Source of the DNA: an uncultured Gammaproteobacteria bacterium
GTDB taxonomy: Bacteria > Patescibacteriota > Microgenomatia > UBA1406 > GWC2-37-13
Direction of reading: 5' to 3'
NCBI GenBank assembly: GCA_964390735.1
Contig: CAYMIY010000004.1
Location: 1-39,134 of the forward strand
DNA: 39,134 nucleotides
Under the pieces are notes generated by a model, which made no database searches, was not told the DNA's origin, and worked only from the letters and a program-made list of their open reading frames with translations. The position numbers were made by a program, and so were the translations under genes. The first letter of the stretch is position 1; each line of letters begins with the position of its first letter. Positions 7,711 to 14,050 of this stretch are shown here, in pieces.

Positions 7711-7768
7711 AATAATAACGGACGATATTTTTGAGGAGTGGATAGAGGTTTTGAATGGTACTTTATGA
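7711..7768 (+). pseudogene. Most degraded hydrolase 3'-end fragment
   Basis: AATAATAACGGACGATATTTTTGAGGAGTGGATAGAGG aligns to the 4687-4725 core with a 5-nt deletion (frame-breaking) and several substitutions. Confidence 0.6.
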
Positions 7769-7774
7769 TATAAT
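7766..7774 (+). promoter_or_regulatory. Extended -10 promoter (TGaTATAAT) for 7856-8251
   Basis: TGATATAAT at 7766-7774. The leader contains the palindrome TGAACG-ca-CGTTCA. Confidence 0.45.
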
Positions 7775-7855
7775 ATATCACTTTGTGATAGATTGTTGGG
7801 AGGCTTGAACGCACGTTCATACGAACCTTACGTAATGTAGATAAGGAGAACGAAA

Positions 7856-8251
7856 GTGCAAAGAATGGACCAGGAAGCGATCAACCGCGAGCACAAGCTC
7901 GCGCGATATGTACGAATAGTAGAAAGGTTTGCGGAAGAGGTTGGCAAGCTAATTAAGCAGCAGGAAGCTCTCAAAAAGGAGCGCCGAAACATTGTGTCAG
8001 CGCGCACGCCAGACAAAGGAAAGATGGTCAACTGGAACGAGCGAGCTATCGCTTGGCGTAATCTCCAGTTTGGTGCTCTCAGAAAAATGAGAGCTAAGGA
8101 ACACGAGGTATTGACAGAACTTTCAGATATGCTTTCGCGACTTGAGGAAAACGAAAGAAGCGCATTCGAGAACAAAAAAAATCAGATCAAGCGAGCTTTC
8201 AAGAAAGAGTACCTGAGGCTCAGATCGCGGAATCTAGATGAGATTCAATAG
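7856..8251 (+). CDS. Small helical/coiled-coil-like protein, family member 2 (131 aa, GTG start)
   Basis: SD AGGAG lies 7 nt before GTG 7856. VNWNERAIAWR and the C-terminal LRLRSRNLDEIQ align with members 1 and 3. Confidence 0.75.
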   Translation: MQRMDQEAINREHKLARYVRIVERFAEEVGKLIKQQEALKKERRNIVSARTPDKGKMVNWNERAIAWRNLQFGALRKMRAKEHEVLTELSDMLSRLEENERSAFENKKNQIKRAFKKEYLRLRSRNLDEIQ

Positions 8252-8269
8252 ATTCCAGTCTGCACACAC

Positions 8270-8308
8270 ATTGGTGTCTGGTCTGGCTCCGCCAGACCAG
8301 ACACCAAT
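8270..8308 (+). terminator. Perfect 18-bp stem / 3-nt loop hairpin after 7856-8251
   Basis: ATTGGTGTCTGGTCTGGC tcc GCCAGACCAGACACCAAT, followed by ACTACTT rather than a clean T-run. Confidence 0.5.
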
Positions 8309-8381
8309 ACTACTTAAAATGACTCAAAACAATGAAATGATAATAGAGAATGCTAATTCATGATGAATAAGTCCTATAATA

Positions 8382-8410
8382 TTGAATTATAACATTGTAT
8401 TTGCTATACT
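8382..8410 (+). promoter_or_regulatory. Sigma70-type promoter of the second GC-rich cassette
   Basis: TTGAAT at 8382-8387, 17-nt spacer, TATACT at 8405-8410. CCTATAAT at 8373-8380 sits at the same 32-nt offset from the -10 box as in the 4744 module. Confidence 0.55.
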
Positions 8411-8419
8411 TTCTACATC

Positions 8420-8439
8420 TGGCCCTTATGCATGGGCCA
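8420..8439 (+). promoter_or_regulatory. Conserved 5'-UTR hairpin / inverted repeat TGGCCC-N8-GGGCCA
   Basis: Lies between the -10 box and the SD. A homologous element is at 9840-9859. Both are followed by (A)GGA(G/A)G..TCGACATG. Confidence 0.5.
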
Positions 8440-8456
8440 ATACACAAGGAGTCGAC

Positions 8457-8768
8457 ATGAAAATCCAGCTGATTGATGCAGAAGGCGTCCTGGTGCGTTC
8501 GGTGCTGGCGGCTATGCCCAATAGCCTCGATTCGGGGATGCGCGTCCAGATCACCGATGAGGTCTGGAGGCGCTCCGGGGAGGATATCCATCCTGATGCG
8601 CTCTTGTTCTCAATGATCGGCGATGCCTGGGCCCGGGTGGCCTGGGATGCCCTCACCCTCAAGTATGTCATTACTGTGGTGGGGAGGGACCTTGCCGCTG
8701 CTATGAACTGCTGGCGGGCGGCCCTTCTCCACGTGGGTGTGGAGGTTGCCCGGGTCGTCGCCTTGTAG
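8457..8768 (+). CDS. GC-rich hypothetical protein (103 aa), paralog of 9881-10198
   Basis: SD AAGGAG precedes ATG 8457; the listed ORF starts at TTG 8382, which lies inside the promoter. It aligns by eye with the 9881 product (MKIQLIDAEG / MTLHLVGKDG; RVQITDE / RLMITGT; ARVAWD...YVITVVGRDL.AA / ATLHWH...YFTVVSDNLTNA). Confidence 0.7.
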   Translation: MKIQLIDAEGVLVRSVLAAMPNSLDSGMRVQITDEVWRRSGEDIHPDALLFSMIGDAWARVAWDALTLKYVITVVGRDLAAAMNCWRAALLHVGVEVARVVAL

Positions 8769-8776
8769 CAGCACAG

Positions 8777-8815
8777 GGTTTGCGGGACGGAGTTTTCACT
8801 TTCGTCCCGCAAACC
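8777..8815 (+). terminator. GC-rich hairpin after 8457-8768
   Basis: GGTTTGCGGGACG ... CGTCCCGCAAACC. The arms are identical to those of the hairpin at 10208-10243. Confidence 0.55.
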
Positions 8816-8854
8816 TATAATCTTTCGCAATACGCATTATACCTACCTTCTATT

Positions 8855-8863
8855 TGATATAAT
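8855..8863 (+). promoter_or_regulatory. Extended -10 promoter (TGaTATAAT) for 8900-9292
   Basis: TGATATAAT at 8855-8863. SD AAGGAGG precedes ATG 8900. Confidence 0.45.
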
Positions 8864-8899
8864 ACCGTCAGGCAACAAAAACAAAAAGGAGGATGTCCA

Positions 8900-9292
8900 A
8901 TGGCTAAGTCAAAACTTCGCCCTGAACTCGCAAGTGCGATTGAGGCCTACAAAACGGTCGTCCTTGAGCAGAAAAAGAATCTGGACAGTGCTTTTAACAC
9001 ATTCGACCGTTTGAGGAAAAGGCGCAATGGGTTCATTCAAAAAAAGAACCAGGAAGAGGAAGTCCGGCAGAACTGGAACAAGAGCGCGGCAGAATGGCGC
9101 GTTACCAAAGAGCGAGTGTTGGCTGCAGCTCAGATGGCACATGGTCCGGCGCATGCTCGTATAACGGCAGTGTTGAATGGTCTGAACAATACAGAAGAGC
9201 ACTACAAATTTCAGCGGCAGTTTCATACGATAAATGGCTTTTTTACGGCTGCAGATAGAAAACTTCGGGAGGCTCAGCTCGAGGATCTGTAG
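8900..9292 (+). CDS. Small helical/coiled-coil-like protein, family member 3 (130 aa)
   Basis: QNWNKSAAEWR and the C-terminal KLREAQLEDL match member 1. Strong SD. Confidence 0.75.
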   Translation: MAKSKLRPELASAIEAYKTVVLEQKKNLDSAFNTFDRLRKRRNGFIQKKNQEEEVRQNWNKSAAEWRVTKERVLAAAQMAHGPAHARITAVLNGLNNTEEHYKFQRQFHTINGFFTAADRKLREAQLEDL

Positions 9293-9301
9293 CATTCATC
9301 A

Positions 9302-9332
9302 CACCAGTGCCGAGCAAAGCTCGGTACTGGTG
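9302..9332 (+). terminator. Hairpin after 8900-9292
   Basis: CACCAGTGCCGAGC aaa GCTCGGTACTGGTG. It overlaps the next promoter. Confidence 0.5.
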
Positions 9333-9339
9333 GTATAAT
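9331..9339 (+). promoter_or_regulatory. Extended -10 promoter (TGgTATAAT) for 9373-9738
   Basis: TGGTATAAT at 9331-9339. SD AAGGAGG precedes ATG 9373. Confidence 0.45.
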
Positions 9340-9372
9340 GGAGCAGGACAAGCAATCAATAAGGAGGATACG

Positions 9373-9738
9373 ATGGACGCTAGGATCAAAATCAAATTCA
9401 ACACGGTGATATTTCATCTAGAGGAGCTGGCGACAGATCTAAACCGTCTGAAATTGTTACTGCGCTACGTTACACCATTGAGGAGTAAACGCAAACGATC
9501 GAAGAAAGAGACCGATAAGCTGACAGGCTATTTGAGGTCAGCAGAAGGTACTCTCGAGGATGCTGAAAATCAGAAGAAGGATATAGATGAAGGTCTGAGA
9601 CTTATTGCTCAGCTCGTTCAGAAACATACCATTACTCTGAATAAACAAGATAAGGAAACTATCGCAAATGCGCGCACAACATGCGACACATTAATCGCAG
9701 ATTGCCGGGCGTTGTATAATAGAATTAGCAGCACATAG
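9373..9738 (+). CDS. Small helical hypothetical protein (121 aa), not obviously in the WN..A..WR family
   Basis: Start moved from listed 9307 to ATG 9373, because 9307-9332 is the preceding hairpin and AAGGAGG lies 5 nt before 9373. Charged, heptad-like sequence. Confidence 0.7.
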   Translation: MDARIKIKFNTVIFHLEELATDLNRLKLLLRYVTPLRSKRKRSKKETDKLTGYLRSAEGTLEDAENQKKDIDEGLRLIAQLVQKHTITLNKQDKETIANARTTCDTLIADCRALYNRISST

Positions 9739-9749
9739 ACTCACTATCA

Positions 9750-9776
9750 TCAGATCTGGGCTCAGCCCAGATCTGA
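9750..9776 (+). terminator. Perfect 12-bp stem / 3-nt loop hairpin after 9373-9738
   Basis: TCAGATCTGGGC tca GCCCAGATCTGA, followed by AACTACTTTTT. Confidence 0.55.
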
Positions 9777-9821
9777 AACTACTTTTTAAAACCTATAATA
9801 CTACACTTTTTTCCTATATTT

Positions 9822-9830
9822 TGATATAAT
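9822..9830 (+). promoter_or_regulatory. Extended -10 promoter (TGaTATAAT) of the third GC-rich cassette
   Basis: TGATATAAT at 9822-9830. CCTATAAT at 9792-9799 lies 33 nt upstream of the -10 hexamer. Confidence 0.5.
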
Positions 9831-9839
9831 TGCCAGATG

Positions 9840-9859
9840 TGGCCCACATGTAGAGGCCA
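9840..9859 (+). promoter_or_regulatory. Conserved 5'-UTR hairpin / inverted repeat TGGCC-N10-GGCCA
   Basis: Homologous in position and sequence to 8420-8439. Confidence 0.45.
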
Positions 9860-9880
9860 AGAACAGAGGAAGGTATCGAC

Positions 9881-10198
9881 ATGCCAATGACACTTCACTT
9901 GGTTGGTAAAGACGGGCGCAAAGCGGGTATGCCGCTCGATGCACTGCCCCAGGAACTGCCGCCGAATACGCGGCTGATGATCACCGGCACCCTCACAGAC
10001 GATGAGGGCTCGACTGACGGGCCCGATCACTTTCTGACCGCGTGCGGCAGCAATGGCTATGCCACGCTGCACTGGCATGATTGTGATTGCTATTTCACCG
10101 TCGTGTCGGACAACCTGACCAACGCGGCGGTGCTTCTGCAGGCCTGCTATAAGCTGGCTGGCGCGAACGTGGCGATGGTTTTGTCCTGCCAGATCTAG
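9881..10198 (+). CDS. GC-rich, Cys-containing hypothetical protein (105 aa), paralog of 8457-8768
   Basis: SD GGAAGG, then TCGAC ATG as in the 8457 cassette. High third-position G+C. Same terminator arms as the 8457 cassette. Confidence 0.7.
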   Translation: MPMTLHLVGKDGRKAGMPLDALPQELPPNTRLMITGTLTDDEGSTDGPDHFLTACGSNGYATLHWHDCDCYFTVVSDNLTNAAVLLQACYKLAGANVAMVLSCQI

Positions 10199-10207
10199 CT
10201 TTCCCTC

Positions 10208-10243
10208 GTTTGCGGGACGGAGCTTAGCTCACGTCCCGCAAAC
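10208..10243 (+). terminator. GC-rich hairpin after 9881-10198
   Basis: GTTTGCGGGACG ... CGTCCCGCAAAC, followed by TTATTCATT. Confidence 0.55.
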
Positions 10244-10275
10244 TTATTCATTCCTTAATTCTGGGATTAACCTGA

Positions 10276-10305
10276 TTGACTTTCTCCCTGTAGATCCGCT
10301 ATAAA
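10276..10305 (+). promoter_or_regulatory. Possible promoter of the histidine kinase gene
   Basis: TTGACT at 10276-10281, 18-nt spacer, TATAAA at 10300-10305. ATG 10312 would then be nearly leaderless. Confidence 0.3.
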
Positions 10306-10311
10306 TAATGT

Positions 10312-13116
10312 ATGAGTTCTTTCAGTAGCTATATTGTAATGGTGTCTTTTGTGATGACATCGATACTCTCGCTCATTGTCTATATTAACAATCCGAAATC
10401 GTGGACAAACAGACTTCTCTGTATGCTTGGCAGCATGCTGGCATACATCATTCTGTTCAATTATTTTGCAGTCACTGCAGAAACTGAAGTACAACGCGTA
10501 TTCTGGATACGATCCATCATGGCAATTACGTCGATTATACCAATCACCATGATTGTGCTGGCGCACACATTCCCGGAACGAGAAATAACTCTCAATAAAT
10601 ACTTCATTTTTTCAGGTATTTGTTTTTCACTTGCACTTGGCGTACTTTCTTATACTGAACAGATAATATCTCATTACACTCGAAGTGATCTTATCGCTCC
10701 GTTTATCCCTGGTTTATCTACCTTGTTGTATGGTATCTATTTTGCGACTTCCATGATATTAGCCATACTTATGTTATTTAAGAAGTATAAACATAGTGTT
10801 GGGATAGCACGTATGCAGATCAAATATTTCATCCTGGGTGTATTCCTGGTTTGGGGATTGATATTCGTTGCAAACATTATGTTTGTCGTTATACTTAAAA
10901 CCGTAGATTTTACGCTTTATGGACCTTCGATATCATTTATTCTTGTTGGACTTCTGACATATGCAATACTCAGACATCGATTTCTCGATGTCAGGATGGT
11001 TGCCATGAGATCGATCGTATATCTCATGGTAGGATTACTCCTAAGCATAGCATATGCGCTCAGCCTTTTTACTCTACGACTTTTTGTTTTCAATATACCA
11101 ATCAATCTATATAACCTGTTTACCTCTACGGTGCTTGCGTTAATTATGGCATATAGTTTTCATCCTCTGAGTAAGTTTTTTAAATCGCTTACTGATAAAT
11201 ACTTTTTTAAAAGTGGATATGATTCGAATAAACTGCTACGCATACTCGGAAGAATAATGTCATCAACCTATGTTCTTGCTGACTTAACGGATCTTATTTT
11301 GCATCAAATAATGCAGACGTTAAAAATATCATCCGGATATATCGTTCTTATTAAAGATGCAAAGATCACGTGGCATAAAGTGAACGGAGACAAGGAAGCG
11401 GATCTGAAAGATAATGAAATAGACTACCTTATCCAGGCAGCTCATATGAAAAAAACAGAAAACGTACTCATTTTCGAAGAAATGGAAGAAGAAAAAGAAA
11501 AAGAGATAATGAGAAAGTATCACGTCAGTATCGTTTTACCACTCATTGTAAAAAATGAAGTAATTGGAGGCATGCTTCTGGGGCCCAAAGAATCGGGTGA
11601 TATGTATTCAGTGGAAGACATTAACATTCTCAAAATCATAACGCCGGAGATTGCGATGGCCATTCAAAACTCCGAGTCATACGAAGAGATCAAAACATTT
11701 AACATGACTCTCGAAAACAAAATAGAACAGGCTACTGATGAGTTTAGACAGATCAATGAGGAAGTATATAAAAAAAATCTCGAACTCGCAGAGCGTAACA
11801 AAACACTCATGCTCTTGAGACAAATTGATGAAGTCGTACTGAGCTCAGTTACTGATACCAAGCAGATAGGACAGAAAGTAGTTGACCTCATAGCAGAAAC
11901 TGCTCATTTTAGATTTGTCATGATTTCAGTTATCGACAAAGAACATAAAAAAATAAACGATCTGGCGATTGCTGCGCAGAAAAATAATCTTCCTGCAACT
12001 CTTGTCGCGGGGAATATGAGTATTTCAATGTACGATGAATCAAATCTGATCGTCAAATCGATACGCCACAAAACAATCGAACGTACAACAAAAGGGAGTG
12101 AAATACTCGGAACAATACCCATACAAGAGCATATTAATGAATGGGTCGCATACCCCATGGTTGTTCGTGGCGAGGCAATGGGAGCGTTGGTGATCGGACT
12201 CGAGAAAGGTTATGCAGAGCTGAGTGAATATCAGAAGGATCTTATAGATCGGTTAGTAAGTGTTATAGGGATTTCACTTGATAACGCAGTCCTGTATCAG
12301 ACACTTCAGGATGCCAATGAGCGGCTCAAGCAGATTGATTACATGAAGGATGAATTCGTTTCAGTCGCATCACATGAACTGAGAACACCGATGACGGCAA
12401 TCAGATCCTACTTATGGCTTGCATTATCAGGAAAAGGTGGCGAACTCACCGAAAAGCAGAAATTCTATCTTGAAAGATCATATAACTCCACAACCCGTCT
12501 TATTAAGCTGGTAAACGACATGTTGAATGTATCTAGAATTGAGTCCGGACGTATGAGTTTTGAGATGCAAGAGGTAGACATGGCAAAACTGACTGATGAA
12601 GTGATCGGAGAAGTAAAGCCACGCGCTGATGAACTCGGGGTGATTCTCCGCGTCGAAAAAGCGTTATCTCAGTTACCCCATGTAGTAGCCGACCCTGACA
12701 AAATAAAGGAAGTAATGATTAATTTCATTGGTAATGCATTTAAATTTACGCCTAAAGAAGGAGAAATCGTTGTTCATTTCAAAATAGAAGGACAGGAACT
12801 TGTAACCACAGTAACAGATACGGGTGAAGGCATCGCAAACGATGATATAAGCAAACTATTCCAGAAATTCAGCCTCGTCAAAGGATCGTATCAGACTAAC
12901 CAGCAGGCATCACAGGGAACAGGCCTTGGCTTGTATATTTCAAAATCAATTATTACTGAACACCAAGGAAAGATCTGGGCTGCTTCACCCGGTCGGGGAA
13001 AAGGTGCGACATTTGGATTTACATTACCATTGTTTACTGAAAATATGCTTGCCATGATGAAAGAAGCCCACGGGGGAAGCGATAGTGGTCTGGGCATTAT
13101 TCACACGGAAATATAG
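10312..13116 (+). CDS. Sensor histidine kinase: N-terminal 7TM-type membrane domain, two GAF-like regions, HisKA and HATPase_c domains
   Basis: H-box FVSVASHELRTPMTAIRSY, N-box INFIGNAFKFTP, G1 VTDTGEGI, G2 GTGLGLYISKSI. The N-terminal ~300 aa are hydrophobic, with YINNPKSWTNRL as seen in 7TM kinase N-domains. No response regulator gene is in the window. Confidence 0.9.
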   Translation: MSSFSSYIVMVSFVMTSILSLIVYINNPKSWTNRLLCMLGSMLAYIILFNYFAVTAETEVQRVFWIRSIMAITSIIPITMIVLAHTFPEREITLNKYFIFSGICFSLALGVLSYTEQIISHYTRSDLIAPFIPGLSTLLYGIYFATSMILAILMLFKKYKHSVGIARMQIKYFILGVFLVWGLIFVANIMFVVILKTVDFTLYGPSISFILVGLLTYAILRHRFLDVRMVAMRSIVYLMVGLLLSIAYALSLFTLRLFVFNIPINLYNLFTSTVLALIMAYSFHPLSKFFKSLTDKYFFKSGYDSNKLLRILGRIMSSTYVLADLTDLILHQIMQTLKISSGYIVLIKDAKITWHKVNGDKEADLKDNEIDYLIQAAHMKKTENVLIFEEMEEEKEKEIMRKYHVSIVLPLIVKNEVIGGMLLGPKESGDMYSVEDINILKIITPEIAMAIQNSESYEEIKTFNMTLENKIEQATDEFRQINEEVYKKNLELAERNKTLMLLRQIDEVVLSSVTDTKQIGQKVVDLIAETAHFRFVMISVIDKEHKKINDLAIAAQKNNLPATLVAGNMSISMYDESNLIVKSIRHKTIERTTKGSEILGTIPIQEHINEWVAYPMVVRGEAMGALVIGLEKGYAELSEYQKDLIDRLVSVIGISLDNAVLYQTLQDANERLKQIDYMKDEFVSVASHELRTPMTAIRSYLWLALSGKGGELTEKQKFYLERSYNSTTRLIKLVNDMLNVSRIESGRMSFEMQEVDMAKLTDEVIGEVKPRADELGVILRVEKALSQLPHVVADPDKIKEVMINFIGNAFKFTPKEGEIVVHFKIEGQELVTTVTDTGEGIANDDISKLFQKFSLVKGSYQTNQQASQGTGLGLYISKSIITEHQGKIWAASPGRGKGATFGFTLPLFTENMLAMMKEAHGGSDSGLGIIHTEI

Positions 13117-13135
13117 ATTGGTATATACTGTAACT

Positions 13136-13960
13136 ATGTCATATAATCGGCGAAGTGGTTTTACCATGAGTGAAATACTGATCGTTATTTCGCTTATGAT
13201 TATCCTGCTTCTTGTCTCCATAGCTATTTTAAACCCGACAAAACAGATTGAGCGCGTATGGGATATTAAACGCAGACAGGAACTCTCGATACTTACACGA
13301 GTCATGGATGACTATTACAATGATCACCAGGCATATCCGACGAATAATGATATATGTTATGACACGCCGAAGTTTTCGCCCGAAACAAATAGCTGTTTCT
13401 GTCATATTTGCGGTATCGAAAGTTCACGTAATCCCTTCAAAAACTATTTACACAGTCTATACTGTGATCCACAGCATCCTACCAAAGAATATGTATACCA
13501 ATATGATTGCCGAGCAGGAGACGCACCACGATGGTACCGGGTATGTGCGGAACTTTCATGGCCGGACGTGAATTTAAAAGATGGTAATTTTAATTACGGT
13601 GTGGCGAGTCCGAACATCAGTCCAAATTATTGCTATTCAATACCGAAGGTAAATCCGGATACAGCACCCGCTGAAGAATTGCCAATGATTACACCGACTC
13701 CAACTGGCACATTCCATCCGTCTGCAACATCAACTCCTTCGCCTACGGGGACGTCGGGAGTCACGGGCACTCCAGTGCCTGGCACACCCACTCCTACGAG
13801 TGGCCCACCGCTATGTCAGAACGATCCTGCAGTAAAATACTGTATAAAGAATGGAATCTGTAATGCATGCGGAGATCAGTTCAACTGCCACGACTCACGC
13901 AGCTGCGATCAACCGCTTATCATGTATGCAGACTTTCAATGCAGAAACAGCTGTATATAA
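13136..13960 (+). CDS. Type IV pilin/pseudopilin-like protein with a Pro/Thr-rich linker and a Cys-rich C-terminus
   Basis: Prepilin-type leader and methylation motif RRSGFTMSEILIVISLMIILLLVSIAIL; G|FTxxE. Start set at ATG 13136 because the listed 13085 overlaps the kinase gene. Linker PTPTGTFHPSATSTPSPTGTSGVTGTPVPGTPTPT. Confidence 0.75.
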   Translation: MSYNRRSGFTMSEILIVISLMIILLLVSIAILNPTKQIERVWDIKRRQELSILTRVMDDYYNDHQAYPTNNDICYDTPKFSPETNSCFCHICGIESSRNPFKNYLHSLYCDPQHPTKEYVYQYDCRAGDAPRWYRVCAELSWPDVNLKDGNFNYGVASPNISPNYCYSIPKVNPDTAPAEELPMITPTPTGTFHPSATSTPSPTGTSGVTGTPVPGTPTPTSGPPLCQNDPAVKYCIKNGICNACGDQFNCHDSRSCDQPLIMYADFQCRNSCI

Positions 13961-14050
13961 CAGATCGATCTACTTAATACAACAAAAAAAGTGCAGTCAC
14001 TTTATGACTTCTGAGATCTAATGATATATTAAATACCTATTTATATATAG

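Noticed and set aside
8426-8830. Minus-strand 134-aa ORF opposite the second GC-rich gene (and likewise 9779-10078 opposite the third)
   Set aside because: Same GC-composition artefact. These ORFs run through the hairpins and promoters of the plus-strand cassettes and lack their own SD or promoter.
4743-10250. Interpretation as a classical integron cassette array
   Set aside because: There is no intI gene or Pc/attI arrangement. Every cassette has its own promoter. The hairpins are short perfect stems rather than attC-like imperfect palindromes with extrahelical bases.
4743-10250. Diversity-generating retroelement, retron or CRISPR explanation for the repeated elements
   Set aside because: There is no reverse transcriptase, no template/variable repeat pair with A-specific mismatches, no msr/msd-like structure next to an RT, and no regularly spaced short direct repeats with unique spacers.
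4850-10250. GC-rich blocks as simple metagenomic mis-assembly (chimeric contig)
   Set aside because: Not fully excluded without reads, but unlikely. Three separate GC-rich ORFs are each embedded in homologous AT-rich promoter/leader modules with precise SD-ATG junctions, which random chimeras would not produce.
10267-10566. Minus-strand 99-aa ORF overlapping the kinase start (and other antisense ORFs inside the kinase, 10917-12158)
   Set aside because: They are antisense to a well-supported long CDS, with no signals of their own.
13085-13135. Longer N-terminal extensions of listed ORFs (13085 for the pilin-like gene, 9307 for the 9373 gene, 33408 for the PaaX-like gene, 8382 for the 8457 gene, 17900-18007 for the pentapeptide gene)
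   Set aside because: The extensions overlap upstream genes, hairpins or promoters. Internal ATG codons with an SD or correctly placed promoter give biologically sensible N-termini.
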